Of a stretch of DNA of 64,000 nucleotides, positions 19,829 through 29,707 are shown in pieces. Location of the stretch: positions 2,208,001 to 2,272,000 of the forward strand of contig CBDCMT010000001.1 of assembly GCA_965219095.1 (NCBI GenBank), given 5' to 3'. How positions within the stretch are numbered: the first letter of the stretch is position 1; each line of letters starts with the position of its first letter. The notes under the pieces are model-generated. The model was not told the DNA's origin. It saw only the letters and a list, made by a program, of their open reading frames with translations, and made no database searches. The translations under genes were made by a program, and so were the position numbers. The DNA is from Bdellovibrionales bacterium. Its GTDB lineage: Bacteria; Bdellovibrionota; Bdellovibrionia; Bdellovibrionales; UBA1609.

Positions 19829-20502
19829 AACACTCAAAAGCATTAGTTGTTTTTTCAGGGGGTCAAGATTCTACAACTTGTCTTTTTTGGGCTCAAAATC
19901 GCTACTCTTACGTAGAAGCGGTTACTTTTTTTTATGAGCAAAATCATCAAGTAGAATTAAAGCAAGCTCAGCTTATATGTAAAAAATTAAATATTCCTCA
20001 AAAAGTGATAAACTTTTCTGTAAAGAATCTTACTACATCATCTCTTTTGGATTCAAAAATAAAGATGAGCTTTTCTGAAAAAAAAATTCCTAACACTTTA
20101 GTGGAAGGACGCAATATTTTGATGTTTACCTATGCAACTATTTACGCAAAAAACAAAAACATTGATCATCTTGTTACAGGTGTTTGTGAGACAGACAATT
20201 CAGGCTACCCTGATTGTAGAGAACAGTTTGTTGTTTCTTTAGAGAAAACCTTAAAGTTAGGCTTAGACTTTGACATTGAAATCAAAACACCTTTGATAAA
20301 AATGAATAAGGCCCAGATCTTTGAATTAGCTAAGAAGGAAGGGTGTTTGGAATTGATTTTAGAAGATTCTCATACTTGTTACAGGGGTGAGCGTACAAAA
20401 AAACATGAATGGGGTTATGGCTGCGGTGAATGTTTTGCTTGTGTGTTAAGGCTCCGGGGCTGGGAAAGATTTAAAAGTTATAAAAATCATAAGCCCAATT
20501 AA
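19825..20502 (+). CDS. queC: 7-cyano-7-deazaguanine synthase
   Basis: FSGGQDSTTC, VEGRN, SGYPDCR, TCY...GCGECFACVLR. Confidence 0.96.
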   Translation: MKHSKALVVFSGGQDSTTCLFWAQNRYSYVEAVTFFYEQNHQVELKQAQLICKKLNIPQKVINFSVKNLTTSSLLDSKIKMSFSEKKIPNTLVEGRNILMFTYATIYAKNKNIDHLVTGVCETDNSGYPDCREQFVVSLEKTLKLGLDFDIEIKTPLIKMNKAQIFELAKKEGCLELILEDSHTCYRGERTKKHEWGYGCGECFACVLRLRGWERFKSYKNHKPN

Positions 20503-20710
20503 AATTGCAGGCCCTTCATTTTTTCTTCTAGCGAAGTATTTTAGGGTCACTATGAATAATAATGGCTTAAACCAGTGACTTGTCTTGTTTGATTTGACCG
20601 AGAAAGTATGTGACAATTTTTCTCACTATGTTTAAATTTTTGTCACTTTTGAATTTTTTTCAGAGTCTTAAGATCTTAACACTCTAAATTTTTAATGATT
20701 AAGTTTAGGA

Positions 20711-20739
20711 TTGACATGTTTTTTCTTTTATGCTACCTT
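20711..20739 (+). promoter_or_regulatory. Putative sigma70 promoter of the RCC1-repeat gene
   Basis: TTGACA-17 nt-TACCTT with TG extension; AAGGAG RBS before 20803. Confidence 0.55.
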
Positions 20740-20802
20740 AAAACATTAGAAAAGAAAAAGTTTAAAAAATAAACATTTTCAAATTCAAAAAAGGAGAGTA
20801 AA

Positions 20803-22281
20803 ATGAAAATAATAGCTTACTTTATATTGGTGAAAGTCTTGTTTATACTTTCATTTTGTCTCGCTGAGGCAGAAAATATCGTCTCTATTTCCGTAGGAAC
20901 TACTTATGGTATTGGTACTTATGGTATTGCTGTGAAAAGCCATGCCTGTGCACTTTCTGAAATTGGACAGGTATGGTGTTGGGGATATGGACGTTATGGT
21001 CAGTTAGGATATGGAAAAAATAAGAATCGATCTTATCCTGTACTTGTGAGAACAAAGTCTGGAATGCCTTTAGAAAATGTCATCTTTATTTCTGCAGGAA
21101 GCAGACATACCTGTGCTGTTTTAAGAAATGGTGAGGCCTGGTGTTGGGGATATGGATATTATGGTCAGTTAGGAGATGGAAAAAATAAGAATCGATCTTA
21201 TCCTGTACTTGTGAAAACAAAGCCTGGAGTGCCTTTAGAAAAGGTCGTCTTTATTTCTGCAGGAGATGATCATACTTGTGCTGTTTTAAGAAATGGACAG
21301 GCACAGTGTTGGGGATATGGATATTATGGTCAGTTAGGAGATGGAAAAAATAAGAATCGATCTTTTCGATCTTATCCTGTGCTTGTGAAAACAAAGTCTG
21401 GAGTGCCTTTAGAAAATGTCATCTTTATTTCTGCAGGATACAATCATACTTGTGCTGTTTTAAGAAATGGTGAGGCCTGGTGTTGGGGATATGGATATTA
21501 TGGTCAGTTAGGAGATGGAAAAAATAAGAATCGATCTTATCCTGTACTTGTGAAAACACAGTCTGAAGTGCCTTTAGAAAAGGTCGTCTTTATTTCTGCA
21601 GGAGATGATCATACTTGTGCTGTTTTAAGAAATGGACAGGCACAGTGTTGGGGATATAATTTATTTGGTCAGTTAGGAGATGGAAAAAATAAGAATCGAT
21701 CTCATCCTGTGCTTGTGAAAACACAGTCTGGAGTGCCTTTAGAAAATGTCATCTTTATTTCTGCAGAAGAAGATGATCATACTTGTGCTGTTTTAAGAAA
21801 TAGAAAGGCAGAATGGGTACAGTGTTGGGGAAAAAACCAGTCTGTAAACAGCAATAATTATTTACGAAGGTTCAAACACCTAGATCCTGAACCTTTACAA
21901 GTAGATCAAAGCAATTATTTACGGAGGTTCAAACACCTAGATCCTGAGCCTTTACAAGTAGATCAAAGCAATTATTTACGGAGGTTCAAACACCTAGATC
22001 CTGAACCTTTACAAGTAGATCAAAGCAATTATTTACGGAGGTTCAAACACCTAGATCCTGAGCCTTTACAAGTAGATCAAAGCAATTATTTACGGAGGTT
22101 CAAACACCTAGATCCTGAGCCTTTACAAGTAGATCAAATATATCCTCCGTATCCTTTTATTATGATTTCTACAGGTACTAATTATACATGTGTGCTTTTA
22201 AATGGACAGGTACAGTGTTGGAAACATCAAAGTAAAGAAACTCCTATTCCTATGATTATGAAATTTAAGAAAAAGAATTAG
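20803..22281 (+). CDS. Secreted RCC1/BLIP-II repeat protein with internal 19-aa tandem repeats
   Basis: Signal peptide; repeated ISAGxxHTCAVLRNG...CWGYGYYGQLGDG units of about 55 aa. Confidence 0.9.
   Translation: MKIIAYFILVKVLFILSFCLAEAENIVSISVGTTYGIGTYGIAVKSHACALSEIGQVWCWGYGRYGQLGYGKNKNRSYPVLVRTKSGMPLENVIFISAGSRHTCAVLRNGEAWCWGYGYYGQLGDGKNKNRSYPVLVKTKPGVPLEKVVFISAGDDHTCAVLRNGQAQCWGYGYYGQLGDGKNKNRSFRSYPVLVKTKSGVPLENVIFISAGYNHTCAVLRNGEAWCWGYGYYGQLGDGKNKNRSYPVLVKTQSEVPLEKVVFISAGDDHTCAVLRNGQAQCWGYNLFGQLGDGKNKNRSHPVLVKTQSGVPLENVIFISAEEDDHTCAVLRNRKAEWVQCWGKNQSVNSNNYLRRFKHLDPEPLQVDQSNYLRRFKHLDPEPLQVDQSNYLRRFKHLDPEPLQVDQSNYLRRFKHLDPEPLQVDQSNYLRRFKHLDPEPLQVDQIYPPYPFIMISTGTNYTCVLLNGQVQCWKHQSKETPIPMIMKFKKKN
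21856..22138 (+). repeat. Five tandem 57-bp in-frame repeats (NYLRRFKHLDPEPLQVDQS)
   Basis: Units start at 21856, 21913, 21970, 22027, 22084; almost identical, no spacers. Confidence 0.95.
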
Positions 22282-22346
22282 TATGAGTTGTAAAATAAGG
22301 GAGTAATTTTTAGGGCCTGAATTTACAGGCTCATAAAGTGCAAAAA

Positions 22347-22585
22347 CTAGTTACACAATTTATTTACAGGCTCTTACAGATCAAAATTGAGCTAATGAAG
22401 CCTTCAGAAAAAATTTGTAGTGTATAAATTTAAGCACGAATTCAGGTAAATTAAGAAGCCTTGAACATTCCTTTAGGAGAGTGCCAACTCAGTCGTTTTT
22501 CTGATGAAGAGAGCAAATAGAATCAATGAGAGAAAAGGTAATGTGTTTTAACACCAATTACAAAAATTAATTCGACATTTTTTTT
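22347..22585. mobile_element. Cluster of isolated IS termini (IS256-like 22347-22373, IS1634 IR 22416-22446, IS630-like IR 22551-22585)
   Basis: Each matches an end of a longer element or repeat elsewhere in the window (6145, 60803, 57806/59790). Confidence 0.6.
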
Positions 22586-22679
22586 CTAAATCATTGAATG
22601 TGTAATGGTCTAAGAATATTTTGCTATGAAAGTTTTAAAATCTTCCTTGAGAGAGGTGTTTGAGTTTTCATAAAATATG

Positions 22680-23681
22680 GTAACTGCTCACTCTCGTAAG
22701 TTTTTATTTAAAGCCATAGAGATGGCTTCTAAAGAAGAATACCCTTTATTTCTCATTGTTTTAACATAGCTGGTAATGCGACAAAAATATTTCGCCATTT
22801 CTTCTGTTCTGAAACACCCTGACACTTTCTTTTTCACTTTAGTCATTCTTAGATCTCTTTCAACTCTGTTATTAGTGGGATCTACGTTCTTTCTTTTAGC
22901 AAAACACAATATTTCTGCTTCATACTTTTTAAATCGCAGCCAAAGGTTTTGAGCTTGTGTGTGCTTTAGTCGTCCTTTCTTGCCATTTTTTTTAGGAAAT
23001 TCTGGAAGCTCTTTTAAGCCTTTTGTAAGAATACTCCTATACCTTCTCTGAAGAGTTTCGTACTCTTTTTGAGTCAGAACTCTTGACTCTTTTTTATGAA
23101 CTAACTCCACAGTCTCTTTAAGAAGTTTTTTGAGATTTGTAGCCCATTTGAATCCATTGCTTTCTTCTATAAATTTAAGCTCTCTCAAAAGGTGAGCCAC
23201 ACACAAAGCATGAGTTATCTTATCATAACAAAAGTAAGGACTCCAACAATCATGCACAAGCACTCCTCCATATCTATCCAAGAGACCAATATCTTTTATG
23301 GCTTCCCTTCCACCTGAAAGGTGGAGAAACTGCAAGACTAATTCTCCTGAACTATAAGTATGAATCCAGTAGTTTTTACCCTTAACCCTCATAGAGGTCT
23401 CATCAACATGAATGACCTCTGATTCAAGTATCTTTTCTTTCATCTGCTCTTCCCAACTTTTAAGAAACTCTCCTAATTCAGCAATGTATCTCAACATAAC
23501 TGCAGGAGAAATCATTCGACCTATAAGCCCCATGTAATGTTCCCCAACACGTTGAAAAGACAGCATCTGAACTATAATGAAATTGATGATGGAAGCTCTA
23601 ATGCCTATACCATACTGAAGAGGACCACTCATACCTTTAGGGAATTGACCTTTATTTCTAGCTCCACATGAGGGACAATCT
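22680..23681 (-). mobile_element. IS66-family element, 5'-truncated (transposase remnant 22688-23681)
   Basis: IR GTAACTGCTCAC at 22680; HVDET, HDCW, CVAHLLREL, PTNNRVERDLR; similarity to full copies stops near 23681. Confidence 0.9.
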
Positions 23682-23744
23682 CCGTTTCTTTACATTAATT
23701 TTTTAGGAAGAATCATACAAATGGAAGTTGTAGGTCAAAAGGTC

Positions 23745-23946
23745 GCTTAAGTCTTTGTTATATTTTCTTGAGGATCGAAAAAAAAGAGGTGCAAGCAGTT
23801 TGAAATTCATCAAATGTTTCATAGTATCTGTTGTAAAGAACTTTTTTCTTGAAAAACTTCCAATATCGCTCTAGTGGATTAAGATTAGGGCTGTAAGCTA
23901 GCAAAAAAAAAGTAACGTTATTTAGCTTTTTAGATGTCTTCTTCAT
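23745..23946 (-). pseudogene. IS630-family transposase C-terminal remnant
   Basis: YSPNLNPLERYWKFFKK...NRYYETFDEF. Confidence 0.8.
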
Positions 23947-24797
23947 TAAATCTGACTAATGAGTTCATGCTTGATCTAATACAACTACCACAAAACAAAG
24001 CAAAACAAAAAAAACAACGAAGTAAAACAGATATAAAAAACTCAAAATAAGGCATTAGAATCTAACGATGGAAAAAAATTTCACTAGACTTTTGTCTAGA
24101 TTTTTATTCTGCTTTAAATCGTTTATAAAAGAGTTTCACCATAGAAACCCTGAATCACATACTCGATCCACTTTCTTTAATTCATTTAAAAGATTAATAA
24201 GGTAGAGGCGTCTATCTAATTGTTGCACAAAAACAACACTTTTATATAGCATGTCAAGTTTATGACAGAAGGCCCCTTCTTGTTCTTTTAAAACCTCTTA
24301 AAAACTGTACAAAAGGAGTTTCTTAAGTGAATTTTAAGTATGATTTTATTTCACACATAGAAGGAATATTTTTTAAATTCTGCTTTCCTTAACTTTTTAA
24401 TGATGTTTTAGCTAAAAAATAGAGAAATAAGAGATAATATGTAGCCTAAAATTATAAATAAAAAAAAAAAAGAGATGTAACAAGCTAAAAAGATAAAAAA
24501 AGCTACTTGAGAAAAGCCAATTTTTGTCAATTGATCTGAATAAAGTAAGTTTTTTTTAAAGTTTTTTGAAAAGAATCCATAAAAAATCCAAAAATAGGAT
24601 AATAAAAGACAAATTTAAGACAATCTTTTGACTTAAAAGCATAAAAAAAATTATATGCAAAAAACAATCTAAAAGAATTCAAAAAAAACTTAAAGAAAAG
24701 TTTATTATTGACGAAACGTATAAAAAGAGGTAAACATATTAATAGGATATAATAAAAGTAAATAGATAAAAAAATATAAAAATCCAAGGAGGTTAAA

Positions 24798-25046
24798 ATG
24801 GCAAGAAAAAGAAAAACAACTGCTAAGAAAAAGACAACTCGTCGCCGCAGAAAAAGAAAAACAACTGCTAAGAAAAAGACAACTCGTCGTCGCAGAAAAA
24901 GAAAAACAACTGCTAAGAAAAAGACAACTCGTCGTCGTAGAAAAAGAAAAACAACTGCTAAGAAAAAGACAACTCGTCGCCGCAGAAAAAGAAAAACAAC
25001 TGCTAAGAAAAAGACAACTCGTCGCCGCAAAAGAAGAAAGAAGTAA
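24798..25046 (+). CDS. Protamine-like/histone H1-like basic repeat protein, 82 aa
   Basis: MA + 5x RKRKTTAKKKTTRRR (45-bp units) + KRRKK; AAGGAGGT RBS; terminator downstream; unit differences are synonymous Arg codons. Confidence 0.85.
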   Translation: MARKRKTTAKKKTTRRRRKRKTTAKKKTTRRRRKRKTTAKKKTTRRRRKRKTTAKKKTTRRRRKRKTTAKKKTTRRRKRRKK

Positions 25047-25060
25047 CTTTTTTCCTTTTC

Positions 25061-25095
25061 AAAGCCTCTGCTTTATGGAAAGTAGAGGCTTTTTT
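25061..25095 (+). terminator. Rho-independent terminator after the protamine-like gene
   Basis: AAGCCTCTGCTTT-ATGG-AAAGTAGAGGCTT stem followed by T run. Confidence 0.8.
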
Positions 25096-25192
25096 ACACC
25101 TTAAAAATCTTGATTTGCTCTGTCATACTGGCCACACTTTAAAAATCCCTTTTTCTAGCGAGATAAAAAGGAGTTTTGAAACACGATTAGTA

Positions 25193-25268
25193 TATAGTGC
25201 TTCCGTTTAGGTTTTCAGTTTTTTTTCTCTAGAGAGATCGACAGGAAAATCTAAGCGTATTCACTATA
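25193..25268. mobile_element. 76-bp IS630-derived MITE
   Basis: Imperfect 24-bp IRs TATAGTGCTTCCGTTTAGGTTTTC / TATAGTGAATACGCTTAGATTTTC; left arm matches the IS630 end at 60732. Confidence 0.75.
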
Positions 25269-25370
25269 TGTATGAAAAATTTTCCATTTTATGGTTTTAT
25301 TCTCTCCTTGTACTCGTCAAAGTACAGCCCTTTATGTCTCTAGATTAGCTCTTTTTGATAAAAGTTTTTA

Positions 25371-26903
25371 GTAACTGCTCACCTACATTGTTCAGTTATC
25401 CCTAACTTTAGACCTATTTTAAGATAAAAGTCTTGCTCTTACAGATTTTCTTTTAAATACTTTTTTCAAATGACAATAAATAAGACCTCCATCAGAAATG
25501 AGATTGAAAATATAAGAAGTGACTTTGATAAGTTTGCAAAGAAAGGTTCTGTGCCTACTGAGATTTCTGTGGTTTTTGAATCTCTCTTTAAGGTTGTGAA
25601 CATTCTGATTGTTGTGTTTTTAGAAAAACAGGTTCGAAAAAATTCCAGCAACAGCGGTCTTCCTCCTTCGCAAGATTTTAGTCGTCAAGGGAATCGTAAT
25701 AAGAAAGCTAGTGGGAGTCAGAAAAAGGGCTCTAGACTTGATAACAGTAAAGATACAAACAGTGAGGAGACTGTCTCTCCCTCAGAGTGTTCTCAGTGTG
25801 GGATGTGTTTAAAGACAGCAGAGGTAAAAAGCCTTGAGAAGCGTAAAAAGATTGATATTTTTTATGAAATTCAGACCCATACTGTAACTTCTGAAGTTAA
25901 GGATTGTCCCTCATGTGGAGCTAGAAATAAAGGTCAATTCCCTAAAGGTATGAGTGGTCCTCTTCAGTATGGTATAGGCATTAGAGCTTCCATCATCAAT
26001 TTCATTATAGTTCAGATGCTGTCTTTTAGAGCGTGTTGGGGAACATTACATGGGGCTTATAGGTCGAATGATTTCTCCTGCAGTTATGTTGAGATACATT
26101 GCTGAATTAGGAGAGTTTCTTAAAAGTTGGGAAGAGTAGATGAAAGAAAAGATACTTGAATCAGAGGTCATTCATGTTGATGAGACCTCTATGAGGGTTA
26201 AGGGTAAAAACTACTGGATTCATACTTATAGTTCAGGAGAATTAGTCTTGCAGTTTCTCCACCTTTCAGGTGGAAGGGAAGCCATAAAAGATATTGGTCT
26301 CTTGGATAGATATGGAGGAGTGCTTGTGCATGATTGTTGGAGTCCTTACTTTTGTTATGATAAGATAACTCATGCTTTGTGTGTGGCTCACCTTTTGAGA
26401 GAGCTTAAATTTATAGAAGAAAGCAATGGATTCAAATGGGCTACAAATCTCAAAAAACTTCTTAAAGAGACTGTGGAGCTAGTTCATAAAAAAGAGTCAA
26501 GAGTTCTGACTCAAAAAGAGTACGAAACTCTTCAGAGAAGGTATAGGAGTATTCTTACAAAAGGCTTAAAAGAGCTTCCAGAATTTCCTAAGAAAAATGG
26601 CAAGAAAGGACGAATAAAGCATACACAAGCTCAAAACCTTTGGCTGCGATTTAAAAAGTATGAAGCAGAAATACTGTGCTTTGCTAAAAGAAAGAACGTA
26701 GATCCTACTAATAACAGAGCTGAAAGAGATCTAAGAATGACTAAGGTGAAAAAGAAAGTGTCAGGGTGTTTCAGAACAGAAGAAATGGCGAAATATTTTT
26801 GTCGTATTACCAGCTATGTTAAAACAATGAGAAATAGAGGGTATTCTTCTTTAGAAGCCATCTCTATGGCTTTAAATAAAAACTTACGAGAGTGAGCAGT
26901 TAC
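25371..26903 (+). mobile_element. IS66-family element, full length (1533 bp), transposase disrupted (25470-26895)
   Basis: IRs GTAACTGCTCAC; 8-bp TSD AGTTTTTA; NSSNSGLPPSQD; frameshift near 26028 and TAG near 26138. Confidence 0.95.
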
Positions 26904-27043
26904 AGTTTTTATAGCTTGCCAAAAAAAGAGAATTTTATTACAAGTTGTCATTTACTATGAAAGATACAAAATGGAGCTTCTAATTGTGTTGCGTAAAAAG
27001 AATGGAACATTTTACTAAAGGGGTAGCCTAAGGAGAGTCATTT

Positions 27044-27856
27044 ATGGAAACTTTAGTTAAAAAGTGGCTGGACCAAACGCTTATGAGTTTTTTTTCTTCA
27101 AGACATAAAAAGAAAAAACTTTTATATAGCATCCTTCCCCATCTTTCTATGGAAGCTATGACTAAGTATTTAAGGCTTGAAGTGGAGGGGGTTGAGAACT
27201 TACCTCAAAAAGGGGCCTTGATCATTCCTAACCATGCAGGTTTTTTTGGCCTAGATGCTATGATATTAGCTCATGAACTTCCTAAACACACCCTTATGAA
27301 CACAAAAATTTTGACTCATAGGTTATGGTTTGCTTTGGATTTTTTAGGAAAAAATGCTAAAAAATTAGGTTTTATTGAAGCGACAAAAACTAAGGGAACT
27401 TACGAGCTTAAAAAAAATCATTTTGTGGTTTTGTTTCCAGAAGGTGAAGAGGGTAATTTTAAACCTTCCCATAAAGCTTACAAACTTCAAGAGTTTAAAA
27501 GAGGCTTTGTTCGTATGGCTTTTGAAACAGGAGTCCCCATTGTTCCCACAGTGATGATGGGTGCAGAGGAGACTCACATCAACTTACATCAAATTAAAGT
27601 GAAGAACATGAAACTTCCTCTGCCCTTAAACTTTTTTCCCCTTCCTGTTTTTTGGAAAATTTGCTTTTTAAAACCTATCCACTTTCCCTATAATCCTAAG
27701 TTAGCCAGCCATAAAGAAGAAGTATATAAAGCTACACGTCATGTGAAACACTTAATTCAAAATGCTATTGATAAAGAGCTTGAAAATCGTCCAGGTATTT
27801 TCATAAAAAGACCTCCGTTTCTTAAAAAACTTATGAAAAAATACACACGGTTTTAG
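27044..27856 (+). CDS. Lysophospholipid/glycerol acyltransferase (PlsC family)
   Basis: NHAGFFGLD (NHxxxxD-like), LFPEG, FKRGFVRMA, PIVP. Confidence 0.9.
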   Translation: METLVKKWLDQTLMSFFSSRHKKKKLLYSILPHLSMEAMTKYLRLEVEGVENLPQKGALIIPNHAGFFGLDAMILAHELPKHTLMNTKILTHRLWFALDFLGKNAKKLGFIEATKTKGTYELKKNHFVVLFPEGEEGNFKPSHKAYKLQEFKRGFVRMAFETGVPIVPTVMMGAEETHINLHQIKVKNMKLPLPLNFFPLPVFWKICFLKPIHFPYNPKLASHKEEVYKATRHVKHLIQNAIDKELENRPGIFIKRPPFLKKLMKKYTRF

Positions 27857-27904
27857 GTCCATTTCTCTTGTTGAGTAAAAAGTACAATAGAGGTTTGTCT
27901 TACT

Positions 27905-28078
27905 ACTTGAGATTGTCTGTAAAGTCGTTAGGATTTGAAGAAGGGGCTCCCCTGAGGTAAATTTGGGTTTGTATGTTTTCTTTGCAACTCGCAAGTTGTT
28001 TTTCCTTGTAAGTCGGTTTCTTAACAGCCCTTGACATCCTCCTCGTAGGAGTCAAGGGCTGTTAAGAAACCGACTTAC
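27905..28078. repeat. Intergenic repeat ending in a perfect 28-bp inverted repeat (28008-28035 / 28051-28078)
   Basis: GTAAGTCGGTTTCTTAACAGCCCTTGAC, 15-nt loop, exact complement; 27905-28022 recurs inverted at 29787-29903. Confidence 0.85.
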
Positions 28079-28142
28079 TAAGTATGAGCATTAAAAAATC
28101 TTTATTTTTAGCCCTCTTTACATGTTAAAATAGAACTTAAGT

Positions 28143-28844
28143 ATGAGGTTTTTGATTCTTTTTTTTCTTATCTTTCTTCCCATCCTCTTAGAGGCTTGTG
28201 ATGAAGAAAACCCCTTTTCAAAACTTAATCCCATAGCAACCCTTTTCTGTCCTCAACCGCCCTGTCTTTTTTTCAACACCCCTGTTGATGAAACCATCAG
28301 AAATGCAACTGTAAGAGTAGAAACAGCAGGCACTTGTTCAGGGCTTGTGATAAGGCTTAAAAGAGGAGAAAAAAAGTGTAAAGACCCTCTTCTTCTCACA
28401 GCAGGTCATTGTGTGGCACATGAGAAGGATTTTAAACTCATTATGCTTAGTAATTATAAAGGCGTTTTTTATATTCCAAGAAAGAAGGTCTCCTCTCTTC
28501 AAGAAAAGTGTCTTAAGCCTCACAACTGTCTTGTGAGTCCTGATTATGTTCTGGAGGATAAATTTCATCATTCAGGAGTGGATCAAGCCCTGATTCCTAT
28601 GCCGATACGATACCGCAAAAAAGGCAATATCCCTGCTTTTGAGATCGATATAGAAAGGGTAGCAAATAAAGAAGACTTAGATTCCTGCTTTAAAGACCCC
28701 TATCTTCAAGCAAGAGTTACTTCAGTTTTAACAAAACCTCATTTAAAAAAGATGAAAAAAAATGAACCCAAAGCTATAAAAATCGCCTTATATCATAACC
28801 TTGGAAAACTGCCAGAACCTCCGGGAACCCACAGATTCTTTTGA
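28143..28844 (+). pseudogene. Secreted trypsin-like serine protease, C-terminally truncated and fused to an ISL3 end
   Basis: Signal peptide, CSG, LLTAGHC, DQALI; no GDSGG; last 24 aa identical to the ISL3 transposase C-terminus. Confidence 0.75.
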
Positions 28845-28850
28845 GGAGGC
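28770..28850 (+). mobile_element. ISL3 right-end remnant
   Basis: Identical to 18726-18806 including the right IR. Confidence 0.9.
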
Positions 28851-28853
28851 TAC

Positions 28854-29693
28854 TTAATTAAACGCACCCATTGCTTCAAATTTTTTTCTATTTTCTTTGC
28901 GAAGTTTACTTGGTATACCAACAGCTTTATTTACAGATAGTACAATTTTATGAAAATTCCTATCCTCAGAAATGACTTTTATAACATTTAAAACCTTTTC
29001 ATCAGAGGTAATAACTTTAATTTGGTTGATTCCTATTTTATCAATATGGTCTTTCATGCTATAATCAATAAAGATTCGATCTTCTGTAAGAAAGCTTCCA
29101 AGTGCAGTTTCTTTTCCTATTTTTACAATAACAAGGGATTCAATTTTTAAAGTTTTTCTAAAGGGCTTGGGAAGTTGGGATATGAACTGTTTAAGCTCTT
29201 TTGTACTTCCTGGTGGTTGATTTTTTTCTTCCATAACAAAGGCAGAGTACACAGAGCCGCATATGGTAAAAGCAATAGATAAATAAAAAAGCCCTCTTGA
29301 AACTTCAAAATCATCAGTCTCTCCAAATTCATTAGATCCTTTATCTCCTTGTTTAAATGCCATATAGATCCAAAAAAAGCCACCTAAAATGGGAATGAAA
29401 AAAAGTAGAGAAAACCAACCACTCATATTAATATCATGCAATCTTTTTATAGTAAGCATTAGGCTAAAAATAGTAAAAACAGCTAAAATAATAAGAAATT
29501 TTACAGATAATAAGGCAGGTGTCGTGAAAGGAATTGTTTTTAAAATAATTAAAAAAACGAGAACAAGAGCAGCTATACCCACAAAATACATTTGAGAAGA
29601 GATTCTTCCTTTAAAAGATAAGTAAAGGTTCTTTATATCCTCTATGGTAATACCCATGTTATTCTTATACTCTGATTGCACTTCAAACTCCAC
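28854..29693 (-). CDS. DUF805 (YhaH-like) membrane protein with C-terminal extension; start may be 29657
   Basis: SFKGRI, IKRLHDINMSGW, GSNEFG. Confidence 0.85.
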   Translation of the reverse strand: MEFEVQSEYKNNMGITIEDIKNLYLSFKGRISSQMYFVGIAALVLVFLIILKTIPFTTPALLSVKFLIILAVFTIFSLMLTIKRLHDINMSGWFSLLFFIPILGGFFWIYMAFKQGDKGSNEFGETDDFEVSRGLFYLSIAFTICGSVYSAFVMEEKNQPPGSTKELKQFISQLPKPFRKTLKIESLVIVKIGKETALGSFLTEDRIFIDYSMKDHIDKIGINQIKVITSDEKVLNVIKVISEDRNFHKIVLSVNKAVGIPSKLRKENRKKFEAMGAFN

Positions 29694-29707
29694 ACGTTAT
29701 TTTTTTA

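Noticed and set aside
19825..20502. folE-queC as part of a 7-deazaguanine DNA-modification (dpd) island
   Set aside because: No dpdA/tgt-like or other dpd genes in the window; ordinary queuosine pathway is the simpler reading
21856..22138. 57-bp repeats as a CRISPR array
   Set aside because: Head-to-tail with no unique spacers, in frame within a CDS, no cas genes
20803..22281. RCC1 repeat variation as a diversity-generating retroelement target
   Set aside because: No reverse transcriptase or non-coding template repeat in the window; differences are not adenine-restricted
24527..25030. 167-aa minus-strand ORF with RRRVVFFLAVVFLFL repeats
   Set aside because: Antisense shadow of the protamine-like gene; RBS and terminator support the plus strand
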